Positions 33,242 through 43,091 of a stretch of 64,000 nt of DNA are shown here, one piece after another. The stretch is from a virus. The notes beneath the pieces are model-generated. The model saw nothing but the letters and a program-made list of their open reading frames with translations, was not told where the DNA came from and ran no database searches. Location of the stretch: IMG/VR virus record IMGVR_UViG_3300045303_000182, positions 1-64,000 of that record. One strand, written 5' to 3'. Position numbers and translations under genes: made by a program. Numbering within the stretch: the stretch's first letter is position 1; every line of letters starts with the position of its first letter.

Positions 33242-33791
33242 CGCAGAGGGCGGTGATGAAGTGCGTGTCGATGACCCTGGCCGGGAGGAAGTCATGCACG
33301 GGCGGCAGTGTGGTGCTGACGACGGTGGGCATCCCGTGCTTCACGCGTCGCTCGATGAACGGCTGGACGTGCTTGCGCCAGATGTTCCAGTCGATGGTGT
33401 CGTGGTGCAGGTCATCGACCCACAGCAGGCGACACCGGTAGAACAGGTAGTCGAGGCGATCCTCGATGTCGCGTGACTCCAGGAACAGAGCGAGGTCGTC
33501 AGAGTGATCGCGCTGCTTGCTCGACGCTCCCCACGTCGCGCGCACCAGGGTCACCAGATCGACGGCCTCGGTGTGCTCGGACTCCAGCCAGCCCTCTTCG
33601 TCGTAGACCATGCGAGCGACGATGACCTGCGCTGCGTACGTCGTGCCCGAGCCGCGTGGGCCGAACAGCCACAGGCCCTGCTTGCCCTCGCCAGCGAGCA
33701 CGTTCTGCCGCCACTGCCGCACGGCGTCCTTCACAGGGTCGGACAGCTTCTTGATCGACACGCCGGCATAGTTCAGTTCACTCAGGCTCAT
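33228..33791 (-). CDS. DnaC/IstB-like helicase loader with degenerate Walker A
   Basis: GLWLFGPRGSGTT, LLWVDDL, R....PTVVSTT; lies between the initiator and the helicase. Confidence 0.8.
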   Translation of the reverse strand: MSLSELNYAGVSIKKLSDPVKDAVRQWRQNVLAGEGKQGLWLFGPRGSGTTYAAQVIVARMVYDEEGWLESEHTEAVDLVTLVRATWGASSKQRDHSDDLALFLESRDIEDRLDYLFYRCRLLWVDDLHHDTIDWNIWRKHVQPFIERRVKHGMPTVVSTTLPPVHDFLPARVIDTHFITALCDAAR

Positions 33792-34738
33792 GGCTTCTCC
33801 CGGTAGGCGGCGTAGATGTCTCCCGTATCAACGTGGCGCTGCCGTCCCCACGCTCCGGTGAAGCACATCCACCCGGACTGCCCCTTCTTGAGTGTGATAT
33901 GGCCCTGCCGCACGGCGTGGACGAACTCTTCCATCATCGTGCGGATCTCGAGCTCAGTGCGTTCCTTGAAGTGAGCGTTGATGTACGTCGCCGCCTGGCC
34001 GAGGCTCTCCAGGCCGCGACGGTCCTTGTGCAGACCGGAGTCCACCTGCATCTGCTCCCAGCACACGGCGAAGTACTCAGCCATGCGGCGCTCCTTCGGC
34101 GGCGGCTTCGGAGCGCGCTTCTTGCGGCGGCGCTTCGAATCGATCTGGCTCACGATCTCATCAGGGTTCGCTCGCAACGGGCGCTTCGCTCGCCGCAGGG
34201 ATGGAGCCGCAGGAGCACCAACGTCGCGGCTGTGCTCGTCGGTCCACTCCCTCATCGACACCACGGTAGATCCTCTCGGCCGACCGGAGGGAGGGTTGCC
34301 CTCGGCCGCAGGCCGAGGTGACGACGGAACCCCTGACGAAGTCAGGGGAGACGGAGTCTCACTGAGTACTCCGTAGGAGTACGAAGTACATTCGCGCGCC
34401 AACTTGGCGGCATAGCATGCCGCCAGATCGAGGGTATAGAGGTTGGTCTTCGACCCCATGTAGCGCTTCGGCCCAGCCCCTGCGTCGGGGGTCACGACCA
34501 GCCATCCGGCGTCCACGGCCCTGTGGATGTAGCGCTGCAGCGATCGCATCGGGATGCCCGTCCGGGCGACCAAGGTCTGCTGGCTCGGGTACGCCTTCGG
34601 GTAGCAGCGAGCGATGGCGGTGAGCACACGGTGGACGCCCTCCCACGTAGCGCGCGACATGCCTTCTGGACGTGTCATTCCTGCTACAGCACGCTGTGCG
34701 GCTTGCCTGGATCTTGGTGGTGTGTTACTTTCGCGCAC
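33788..34738 (-). CDS. Replication initiator-like protein with N-terminal HTH
   Basis: AYPSQQTLVARTG.PMRSLQRYI..AVDAGWL...KTNLY; upstream of the DnaC-like gene. Confidence 0.75.
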   Translation of the reverse strand: MRESNTPPRSRQAAQRAVAGMTRPEGMSRATWEGVHRVLTAIARCYPKAYPSQQTLVARTGIPMRSLQRYIHRAVDAGWLVVTPDAGAGPKRYMGSKTNLYTLDLAACYAAKLARECTSYSYGVLSETPSPLTSSGVPSSPRPAAEGNPPSGRPRGSTVVSMREWTDEHSRDVGAPAAPSLRRAKRPLRANPDEIVSQIDSKRRRKKRAPKPPPKERRMAEYFAVCWEQMQVDSGLHKDRRGLESLGQAATYINAHFKERTELEIRTMMEEFVHAVRQGHITLKKGQSGWMCFTGAWGRQRHVDTGDIYAAYREKP

Positions 34739-34878
34739 GTAGTGGACCTCCTGAGGCAGTTCAGTGGCAGGTCTTGAGAAGGCCCGAGTTCACGCTCGGG
34801 CCTTCTCCGCGTCCCCAAGGGCGGATGGCGGGGCCTGGACCTCGGAACGTATCACATACCGGCAGTAGGGTCGCAAGG

Positions 34879-35142
34879 ATGACTTGGCTGCTCGCGGTAC
34901 TGGGTGTGTGGATCCTGTGGACAATCCTGGGGATGGTGTTCACGACCCCCGACTGGTTCGGCTACGTGTTCGCCATCGTCATCGGCCTCGGCTATGCCCT
35001 GCTGATCGACATCGACCAGTGGTACCTCGGCGTGGGTGTGGGTGGCGGCGCTGCATTCCTCACACGGGTGTCAGATGTGCTACTAGTAACTGCCGACGCG
35101 ATTCGTGCTGGAGTACTAGTTCGACTCGGTCGCAGAGGCTAA
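34879..35142 (+). CDS. Small multi-TM membrane protein
   Basis: MTWLLAVLGVWILW...; TAGGGT 7 nt upstream. Confidence 0.7.
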   Translation: MTWLLAVLGVWILWTILGMVFTTPDWFGYVFAIVIGLGYALLIDIDQWYLGVGVGGGAAFLTRVSDVLLVTADAIRAGVLVRLGRRG

Positions 35143-35179
35143 TCTGCCTCTCCCGGACAACCAGAAGGAGCACCGAAAC

Positions 35180-36118
35180 GTGACAATGCACGCAGTACTT
35201 GGCGACGGAGACATGACCCGTCGAGAACTCACAGAGACGCTTGCCGATCTGTGGAAGAGCGATGAAGCCGAGGGCCAGAGCTTCTGGTTCCTCGTTCAGG
35301 GCAAGAGCGAGCCGACCGACACCGACAAGGCGTTGGTGACGTGGCTGGAGAAGAACGAGATCTACTACGAGGTCGTCACCGACGACCCGGAGTCGATGAG
35401 CGAGATCTACACCGCGCCGCAGGAAGTCCACACGGCGAAGAAGCTGTCGCAGAAGGTCGTCGGCCTCATGCAGTCCAAGCCCGAGGAGGGCGAGACGGCT
35501 GAGGTGCTGGCGCTGTTCTTCGACACCAACGACGTGACCGCTGCCGAGGACCGCTGGCTCAACGGCGTGATCCAGGCGGCGTACGACGGCGGCTTCGCGA
35601 CGCGGGCACTCAACGACGGGCTGGTCGAGATCGATCTGTCCGAGGGTGCGGCTGAGCCTGAGCCTGAGGAGAAGCCCACGCCGACCAAGGCCGTGGCGAA
35701 GAAGGCGGTCGCCAAGAAGGCTGCTGCTCGGCCCGCCCCGAAGCCCGATACGGAAGAGGCCGATACCGAGGTACCAGCAGAAGTCGAGGCAGAGCTCGAG
35801 GAGCCGCCGGCAACGCCTGCCGCCTCGGTCCCGACCCGCGAGGAGTTGGAGGAGATGGAGCCGTCGGAGGTCAAGGAGGTCGCCGCTTCACTCGGCATCG
35901 TCCTGCCGCCGCGGACGCGCGCCACCACCTACATCGACCACATCCTGGGCGAGGCCAAGGCCCCGGCTCCGACCGCCGAGGTCAGCGAGGTGCCTGAGGT
36001 GGCCGAGGTGGACATCGTCTCGACCAACGGCCACCTTGATGCCGACGCCCTCGCTGAACGGGTTGCCGACATCCTGTGGGAGCGCTGGAGCGAGCGGCTC
36101 ACCAAGGCGCTCGCCTGA
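35180..36118 (+). CDS. Acidic protein with AKKA linker and Rho-N-like helical domain
   Basis: AGAAGGAG RBS; REELEEM..SEVKEVAASLGI motif. Confidence 0.75.
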   Translation: MTMHAVLGDGDMTRRELTETLADLWKSDEAEGQSFWFLVQGKSEPTDTDKALVTWLEKNEIYYEVVTDDPESMSEIYTAPQEVHTAKKLSQKVVGLMQSKPEEGETAEVLALFFDTNDVTAAEDRWLNGVIQAAYDGGFATRALNDGLVEIDLSEGAAEPEPEEKPTPTKAVAKKAVAKKAAARPAPKPDTEEADTEVPAEVEAELEEPPATPAASVPTREELEEMEPSEVKEVAASLGIVLPPRTRATTYIDHILGEAKAPAPTAEVSEVPEVAEVDIVSTNGHLDADALAERVADILWERWSERLTKALA

Positions 36119-36217
36119 GTGCCCAAGGAGAAGCTCTCACCGAAGGGTGAAGTCATCCTCATGGCATCGATGGTGCTGCTGCTAGCAGTCATCATCTTGG
36201 GGTCACGTTGGATGTGA
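36119..36217 (+). CDS. Tiny membrane protein (32 aa)
   Basis: MPKEKLSPKGEVILMASMVLLLAVIILGSRWM. Confidence 0.45.
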   Translation: MPKEKLSPKGEVILMASMVLLLAVIILGSRWM

Positions 36218-36230
36218 TAGTCTCCCGTCC

Positions 36231-36479
36231 GTGACAGCGGCGGGCGCGGTGGTTGAGGGGCTGGCAGCGGGTGCGCTGGCTTCGTGGGTGGTGGTGGAAG
36301 CCACGATCCTCTGGAAGGGACGGGTACCAGTTACCTTCGACCACCGCACCCGCCGCTGGCGCTCAGTGCGAGCGATCAAGAAGGAAGCCGCCATGCGGAA
36401 CCCGCCTGCCGTCTACCCGATGAGTCACGTCAAGCCCGAGCCGACTCGGCTCCATGTCGTACGTGACATAGCCTCCTGA
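36231..36479 (+). CDS. Small membrane-anchored hypothetical protein
   Basis: Hydrophobic N-terminus; TAGTCT 7 nt upstream of the GTG. Confidence 0.55.
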   Translation: MTAAGAVVEGLAAGALASWVVVEATILWKGRVPVTFDHRTRRWRSVRAIKKEAAMRNPPAVYPMSHVKPEPTRLHVVRDIAS

Positions 36480-38495
36480 TCACCCCCAGGGGCTAACGAC
36501 TCCGTCCGGTGTTCCCGTTGACCAGTACGGCAGGATGCCTGCCGCCTTGGGAGGTAAGGGGTTCTGAGCGTCGAACGGATAGAAGATGTCGAGGTGCGGG
36601 ACCACGGTGATCCCCGCCGGCACCCAGCGGTAGACCAGACCCTGCTCTTCCATGTCCTCGTCGGTGACGTTCTGCGAGGGGTCGTTGGGATCGACGGTGC
36701 GAGCGAACAGACGGCCCGTCACAGCCTTGCGGTGGTTGTACCAGAGGCTGTAGGTCTGGCCCTGACGGTTGCTGCCGCCGTACCAGGAGAAGTCGTCGCG
36801 TGCCCCGTACTTCTCGTCGCCGTCGAAGTACAGCCAATCCTTGAGGTAGCCACGCTCGGCCAGCACACGGTCGATGGTGAGCAGGTCACCCTGTAGCTCG
36901 AGGCGCACCATCGCGATCGCTGCCTCGGGCGCGCGTCGGTGCGTGGCGACGTGGGTCCACGCACCTGCTGCCAGATCCCACGTCTCGTCGTCGCCCCAGT
37001 CCACGGCCGTCATGCGGTAGTCAGCGTCCCAGTAGACGAGTCCCACCTTGAGCTTGCCGCTGCCCTTCGCCATCAACTGCACGGTCCACTGCTCACTGTT
37101 GAGCTCGCCCAGCAGCGTCGGGAAGATGTTCGACTCCATGACGACGTACCCTGGCAAGGGACCGGTCTTCGGTGTGATAGCCGAGGCAGAACTGAGTGTC
37201 CAGGTACGGCCGCGGGGATCGATGTAGCTGGTGCCGGTGCCGGGGTAGTCGCTGGCATCGAACTTCCAGATCACCGTGCCCTTGGCGGGATCGAGGCCAG
37301 TGCGAAGCTCGACGGAGTAGATGCGCCCGTTCCAAGCGTTGACCCCGTCGTAGCCACCGATGCTGACGGGTGATGACGCATCGGCCAGTGCCATCGTTGG
37401 TGCTGACGCTGTCGCTACCTGCGTCCACACCCCTCCCACGGGATGGAAGGCCGTCAACTGCATCTGACCCGCACCGTCGTCCAGGTCGAGAGACATGGCC
37501 CACGTCTCATCGATCGACGTGGTTGCCCCGAGAGTGACACCGGATACTGCCGACGGGTAGGTGCCGACAGCAGTCGTCGCACCCAACTGGAGGGTTCCCG
37601 AGGGGAACCGTCGCTGCAGGAACCAGGATGCGTTCCCCGCAACCGTCTGAGCAGCGACAGTGTGATACCCACTCCGTGTGAACGGACCCTGTGTCTTGAA
37701 GACGAACGTGCATTCGCTGGGCAGTGGCCCTGGGTCGGGCGTCGTGACGGTGCCAACCGTCGGCGTCAGGTAGCCGGGAGAGTTCCCACCGCAGCTACCG
37801 GACCACGCACCCGAGCCAGGTGCGCCTCCCGAGACGCGCGCGAGCGCTGAGCTACTCGACCAGAAGTTGGTGCCCGGTGCTTCGAAGCTCGGGTTGGCGA
37901 TCATGTTGGCGCGCTGCGGGTAGAGCCAGGCGTGCTGCGACCCGCTGACTTCGAAGTCAGGAGAGCCGCGCGACAGGACGAGCGGTCCCTCGGTGGGGTC
38001 TGGTGCTGTCGTGGACCAGCCGAACAGCCAGCGGTTGGTGGCGTCGGGGAACGTGGAGTCCGGGCTAGCCGTGAGCGCGTCATCCGGTGCGAGGTTGGTG
38101 ACACCGTTGACCGGCGTGTTGGTCACGAAGATCAGCGGCTCGTTCACACCGCCAAGCGCTGCGACGCGCACGATGGCGATGGCACGGATCTCGGCCGATT
38201 CCAGAAGCTCGGTGAAGCGGTAGTCGGAGAACATCACGTAGCGCGACCCACCGAGAACGCGCGTTCCCACGTCCAGCAGGAGGTCCATCGGATATCCCGA
38301 TATGGAAGTGACCTCTACCCACCCCGGACTCGAGGCGATGAGTTCGGGCACGGTCTTGGCAGCAGTCCACGCCGAGTTGGGGTAGCCCATCGCCGGGGCG
38401 TAGCGGAAGAGCACGACCTTGATCTTCTGACCATCCATGATCCCCTGGTTGGCTTGCAGCGCCTGACGGAAGTTGTCAGTGAAGAAGTAACTCAT
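36480..38495 (-). CDS. Baseplate/tail protein with CBM-like and LamG-like domains
   Basis: NMIANPSFE (CBM-like start), SPVSIGG...WNGRIYSVEL (LamG-like), YFDGD. Confidence 0.75.
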   Translation of the reverse strand: MSYFFTDNFRQALQANQGIMDGQKIKVVLFRYAPAMGYPNSAWTAAKTVPELIASSPGWVEVTSISGYPMDLLLDVGTRVLGGSRYVMFSDYRFTELLESAEIRAIAIVRVAALGGVNEPLIFVTNTPVNGVTNLAPDDALTASPDSTFPDATNRWLFGWSTTAPDPTEGPLVLSRGSPDFEVSGSQHAWLYPQRANMIANPSFEAPGTNFWSSSSALARVSGGAPGSGAWSGSCGGNSPGYLTPTVGTVTTPDPGPLPSECTFVFKTQGPFTRSGYHTVAAQTVAGNASWFLQRRFPSGTLQLGATTAVGTYPSAVSGVTLGATTSIDETWAMSLDLDDGAGQMQLTAFHPVGGVWTQVATASAPTMALADASSPVSIGGYDGVNAWNGRIYSVELRTGLDPAKGTVIWKFDASDYPGTGTSYIDPRGRTWTLSSASAITPKTGPLPGYVVMESNIFPTLLGELNSEQWTVQLMAKGSGKLKVGLVYWDADYRMTAVDWGDDETWDLAAGAWTHVATHRRAPEAAIAMVRLELQGDLLTIDRVLAERGYLKDWLYFDGDEKYGARDDFSWYGGSNRQGQTYSLWYNHRKAVTGRLFARTVDPNDPSQNVTDEDMEEQGLVYRWVPAGITVVPHLDIFYPFDAQNPLPPKAAGILPYWSTGTPDGVVSPWG

Positions 38496-40456
38496 GTGGA
38501 CCTCATGTCGCGCTGCGACGAGCCGATGACGAAGCCTTCGAAGCCTGCCTTCGGCTCACCCAGCTTCTCAGACGGGTCGCCCAAGGTGAGATAGCGATCA
38601 GGAGGCGTCACCGAGACAACCGAGTTCTCGTCACCGAGGGGGTAGACCATGGCCGCGGCCACGTCGATCGCTGCCGAACGCTGGACGGTGGTGTGCGCGA
38701 CGCGGTCGAAGATGTAGATGGCGGGGATCAGGTACCGGGCCTCAGGGAGGGTGCTGGTCTTCACCGGGGCGAGGCCCTGGCCGATGTACTGCTTCCACGC
38801 TGTGCCGCTGGAACCTTTGGGGATCCCGAGTGACACATCAATCACCTCGTCCACGTCACCGGACGGACCGATCCAGATGAGCACGGCCTGCACCGTGAAG
38901 TTCTTCTCGGGTGCCTGGACCCACACACTGAACCCGTAGGGCACGCCGGCGGTGATGGAGATGCCACCCGTCAACGGGATGGCATCGCGATACTCAGCCG
39001 TAGCTGGCGGCAGGATGTCGTCCCCTGGCCGAAGGATGGTGTCGGGGTCATCGCGGATCCGAGCGTCACCACAGGTGATCAACAGGTTGCTCAAGCCTTG
39101 GGCCTTCGTCGTGTACACACGCATGACGCCGCGGCCGGTTGGAGGAGCCACGTTCACGCGTCCAACGTAGATGCTGCTCCAGTCGAGCGAGGTCAACGAT
39201 GGCTCCTGGGCAAGTACCGGTGGCAGAGCCTGGGGGTGAACGCCGCCCCAGTTGCCGGTCGAGTTGAAGAAGTCGCTGTCGTCCGGGAACAGCACCAGCG
39301 TCTGACTGCCGGTGACCTGAGTCTCGTACTTCGACACGGCCTCGATCACCTGCCGCAGGCCGACGGCGGTACCTCGAGTGTGCTGAGCGTTGGGGGCGTT
39401 GGCTACCAGTCCGCGGTACCGGATGTCTCCGATGCCCGCCTCGTAGGGCAGCCCGTAGTTGGCACCCAGGCCCTTGAGCAACGGCATCGGCGTCTTGTCG
39501 ATCTGGTGCAGGTCGAGCACGCCCTCCACGAACTCGCGCGTGTTGTCCATCACGAAGCCGAAGACGTTGAGGAACTGGCGCAGGTGACCGGCACCGATGC
39601 GGTAGTTGTCATCGACCCACTGGTGATACGGAGGGACGCAGTCCCACATGCGCTCGCGGTGATGGAAGTCCCGCGGCAACAGGCATGAGTCACTCATCCC
39701 GACGATCCAGTCGATGGGCGTCGTGCGGAAGAAGAGCGTGTAGTAGAACGTGCGCCCGTTGGGGACGAAGCCGGTGTCCCAGCCATCCCCGACCGGGATC
39801 CGGGTGGGCAGCGGGTGGTCGTAGACGACAGGCGGTGGACCCAGCACTGGCTCGTCGTCCTCGGACATGAAGTCGGCGCGCAGCGATCGGAAGATCGTCG
39901 TGCCGTCTCGCGGTGTCGAGGGATGGCCGAACGTCGAGCGCACCAGTGCCACCTCGGCCCACTTGTCGGCGTACTGGACCGGCCAGCCCCACAGGATCTC
40001 GATCGTGTTGTAGTCGAAGGGCCGAGCGAAGAGGATCGCTGGCGCGATGTCAGGGTCGTATGGCTCAGCCGCCGTACTCGGATATCGAAGGGCGGTATGG
40101 GGCAGGTCTGTTCCCGGCCCGATGTTGACCCAGGCGGTGCCGTCCCAGCGGACGATGTGACCAGTCTTCGCGGTCACCACCGCTGGCATGATCGGGTTGC
40201 CGTTGCCGTCAAGCTGCGTAGGCGGCGGTTGCCACGACGGAGCGTTGCTGGGGATCGGAGTCCCCAGCAGCCATGACTCATTGGTGCGATTGAACGCATC
40301 CGCGGCGGGGATGACCGGCAGTGTCCCACCGTTGAGCGTGCCTTGGATCTGAGAGGTCGCGCGAACCCAGTCGCCTCCCACAGACGTGCTGTAGGACTGG
40401 CGCTTGACGCGGAACGCCGGGAGGTCGTACCCCTCAGGCCACCAAGTGTCGGTCAT
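38492..40456 (-). CDS. Baseplate wedge protein (P2 gpI / T4 gp7-like)
   Basis: LRQFLNVFG...LLKGLGANYG...RGTAVGL; follows baseplate J. Confidence 0.75.
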   Translation of the reverse strand: MTDTWWPEGYDLPAFRVKRQSYSTSVGGDWVRATSQIQGTLNGGTLPVIPAADAFNRTNESWLLGTPIPSNAPSWQPPPTQLDGNGNPIMPAVVTAKTGHIVRWDGTAWVNIGPGTDLPHTALRYPSTAAEPYDPDIAPAILFARPFDYNTIEILWGWPVQYADKWAEVALVRSTFGHPSTPRDGTTIFRSLRADFMSEDDEPVLGPPPVVYDHPLPTRIPVGDGWDTGFVPNGRTFYYTLFFRTTPIDWIVGMSDSCLLPRDFHHRERMWDCVPPYHQWVDDNYRIGAGHLRQFLNVFGFVMDNTREFVEGVLDLHQIDKTPMPLLKGLGANYGLPYEAGIGDIRYRGLVANAPNAQHTRGTAVGLRQVIEAVSKYETQVTGSQTLVLFPDDSDFFNSTGNWGGVHPQALPPVLAQEPSLTSLDWSSIYVGRVNVAPPTGRGVMRVYTTKAQGLSNLLITCGDARIRDDPDTILRPGDDILPPATAEYRDAIPLTGGISITAGVPYGFSVWVQAPEKNFTVQAVLIWIGPSGDVDEVIDVSLGIPKGSSGTAWKQYIGQGLAPVKTSTLPEARYLIPAIYIFDRVAHTTVQRSAAIDVAAAMVYPLGDENSVVSVTPPDRYLTLGDPSEKLGEPKAGFEGFVIGSSQRDMRST

Positions 40457-42681
40457 GTGCCCAGCAGCCCTCCGTCAGCGATCACCCACAACCCATCGTG
40501 CATGCGCTCATCCTCATCGATGTCGGGGTAGTCCACCTCGCTCTCGGGGAGGTTGACGGTGGCGACCTTGCCGGTCGGATCGAGCGTGACCTCAGTCAGG
40601 TTGCCGGCGGTCTTGGCGTAGGTCAACGTGGTCGCCAGTGGCGTGGCGACGATCACGTACTGTCCGTTGTACGTCGTCGGCGTCACAGCGGTCACCTCGA
40701 TCGTCTCACCAGGGAGCATGTTGTGAGCCGCCGTCGTCGTGAGCGTGACGACGTTGGCGGTCAACGACGCCTTGAGAACGTTGGCCGTCTTGATCGGTGG
40801 GTAGGGCGTGATGCGCGGGATCAGAAGCTCGTCCGTCTCAATGTCCTCCACCCCTCCGAGCGAGTCAGGTGACGGCGTGTAGCGCAGCACCGAGAAGGCC
40901 ACGTCCTTGTTGTTGCCCGGTGGATTGACGACGGCGGCCTGATCGATCTTGGCGACGGCCACCTGGAACCACGTCGTGTTGTTCACCGGAGCGGCGGTGA
41001 CCACGAAGCTCATCCAGGAGTTGGGGTCGCCTACCGGGCTGTAGACGATGTGGTCACCGACCTGGATGCCAGCGATGTTGGGCTGAGCACCCGTCTCGTC
41101 GGTGCGCGAGAAGGCGAAGGCCGTCGGGTTGGTGGTGTTGTTGCGCCGGTAGTCCCCGTTGCCAGGGTCAGCCATCGTGGTGTTGGTGTCGTCGCGATAG
41201 GTGGTGCGGGCAACGGTGATGGTGTCACCATTGGACGGGTCGGTGTCATCGACAGGCTCGGTGGTGCTGAGCCAGGTGAGCTCGCACCACTCCACGCCCT
41301 GCACGGCGAGTGCCGAACGATAGATCTGGCCGATCGATACGCGGGTACCGAAGTCCACGTTGTCGAAAGCGAGCACCTGGCGGATGGTGGCATCAACAGC
41401 CGAGCGCACAGCACCACGGTTGTAACCCTTGGAGACGTGGACCTGCACCTGGATGTACACGTCCTGCCAGAGATCGTCCATCGTCTCTGGCTCGGCGTAG
41501 ACCGTCGAGCCGATGATCACCTTGTCGGACATGTAGTCCTCGACATCGGCGCACAGCCTCACCATGTACTCATCGGTGCCCTGACCCCCGGTCGGTGCGA
41601 TCTTGACCCGCACAGCGGTGTACACGGTGCCGTGAGCGACGCTCTTGGCGACGCCCGGTACCTGCAGGGCCATGTCGGCGTAGTCGTGCAGCGTGATCGC
41701 CCGGTTCTTGATGCGCGCCGCGGCGCGAGGGATCGACTGGCGCATGGCGTCGATCGACTCCGGGTCAGTGCCACCGACAGGGTTGTTGGTGTTGGTCACC
41801 GAGACACCCCACCAGTCGTCACCGCTGTCGTTGACGACGGTGTTGATCGCTCCGGGACCGAGCAGGTTGGCCTCGGCCCCCACGCCGTAGCGATAGGTGA
41901 TGAAGATCTCGGCGTTGACCGGAGGGATGCGGCCCGAGGCGTTGTCACCGAAGACGATGTGCGTCAGATCCTGATCATCGCGGAACGTGGTGAACAACGG
42001 CTGCGTCGGCCGAGCCAGCGAGAGGTTGGCGATGTAGGTCCACTCCACCAACTGCCCACCCTCACGCGAGGTCACCGAGATGGAGCCGTACACGATGCCC
42101 TTGTCGGGGATCACGAACTCAGTGTTCGGTGAGCCAGAACAGATGCCAAGAAGCCGGTCGTGCTGCACGATGCCTTCGGTGGCGTAGCCGGTGACGACGA
42201 GGATCTGCGGGTCCACCGTCGGGTCGAGGGTGACCTCGAGGTCCGTCTCGAAGACGATCAGATCGTCAGCGTTGCTCGCAGCGTTGTGCAACCGCGTGCC
42301 CTTCGGGATCGTCACCTTCTCCGTGGCGTTGGCGTTGATCGAGAACTCCAGCGTGACGGACGCTGACTGCTGGCCGATCGGTGTATAGCCAAGCATGTTG
42401 GCGATGTACAGCACGCTCTGCTGACGCAGGGCCGAGCCGAGGAACGCCTCGCTGGCTGTGCGGTCGATGTAGAAGTGCATCACGTCGCCCATGTAGGCGA
42501 AGATCTCCAGCAGCAGGGTGCCCATGTCGCTGGCCTCACCTGCCGTCTCCCACTCGGGCATCAGACCCTTGGCGAGGCCGACCAACTGGCTGCGGATGGC
42601 GGTGAAGTCACGGCTGGTGTAGTCGAGGACGACGCGGGAATCGATGTCCTGGTCTTCCAGTTGAGCGAATGCGTCGGGCAT
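40453..42681 (-). CDS. Baseplate J / gp6-like wedge protein with C-terminal extension
   Basis: DYTSRDF, PEW, FGDN..GRIP, YRYGVG, GGTDPES, RAITLHDY. Confidence 0.92.
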   Translation of the reverse strand: MPDAFAQLEDQDIDSRVVLDYTSRDFTAIRSQLVGLAKGLMPEWETAGEASDMGTLLLEIFAYMGDVMHFYIDRTASEAFLGSALRQQSVLYIANMLGYTPIGQQSASVTLEFSINANATEKVTIPKGTRLHNAASNADDLIVFETDLEVTLDPTVDPQILVVTGYATEGIVQHDRLLGICSGSPNTEFVIPDKGIVYGSISVTSREGGQLVEWTYIANLSLARPTQPLFTTFRDDQDLTHIVFGDNASGRIPPVNAEIFITYRYGVGAEANLLGPGAINTVVNDSGDDWWGVSVTNTNNPVGGTDPESIDAMRQSIPRAAARIKNRAITLHDYADMALQVPGVAKSVAHGTVYTAVRVKIAPTGGQGTDEYMVRLCADVEDYMSDKVIIGSTVYAEPETMDDLWQDVYIQVQVHVSKGYNRGAVRSAVDATIRQVLAFDNVDFGTRVSIGQIYRSALAVQGVEWCELTWLSTTEPVDDTDPSNGDTITVARTTYRDDTNTTMADPGNGDYRRNNTTNPTAFAFSRTDETGAQPNIAGIQVGDHIVYSPVGDPNSWMSFVVTAAPVNNTTWFQVAVAKIDQAAVVNPPGNNKDVAFSVLRYTPSPDSLGGVEDIETDELLIPRITPYPPIKTANVLKASLTANVVTLTTTAAHNMLPGETIEVTAVTPTTYNGQYVIVATPLATTLTYAKTAGNLTEVTLDPTGKVATVNLPESEVDYPDIDEDERMHDGLWVIADGGLLGT

Positions 42682-43091
42682 CAGATCTCTCCAATCGGAA
42701 TCGCGCGCTGCCGGTTGAAGAACTCAGAGGCGAGGGGCACAGCGATCTCAGCGTCAGTGGCGTACAGCGCCGGCCGATACACCACTTTGATAGTGACATA
42801 CGCCGGTTCGGGGTCGTCGGCGGTGAGCGTCACGCTACGAACGATGGCACGCGTGACCAGTTGCTCCAAGCGACGCTTGATCTGACCGGCAGCATCGCGA
42901 CGTACGAGCTCATCGGTCGGGTCGAACAGCGCAGCCTGGATGTCACATCCGTAGCGCGGACGCATCACCCGCTCACCGAGGTTGGTCATCAGGGCGTCGA
43001 TGACCTGGCCGCGCACGATCTGTGCGTAGTCGGTCGTCTCTGCGAGCTTGCCACCCGGAGCCAGCGAGAAGGGCCAGAGGAAAGCTCTCAT
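42681..43091 (-). CDS. gp25/gpW-like baseplate wedge subunit
   Basis: LMTNLGERVMRPRYGC; start MRAFLWPF at 43091. Confidence 0.9.
   Translation of the reverse strand: MRAFLWPFSLAPGGKLAETTDYAQIVRGQVIDALMTNLGERVMRPRYGCDIQAALFDPTDELVRRDAAGQIKRRLEQLVTRAIVRSVTLTADDPEPAYVTIKVVYRPALYATDAEIAVPLASEFFNRQRAIPIGEI

Noticed and set aside
41715-41750. RQSIPR in baseplate J as another RKRxIPR tag
   Set aside because: Internal, within a conserved folded region, and lacks the RKR part
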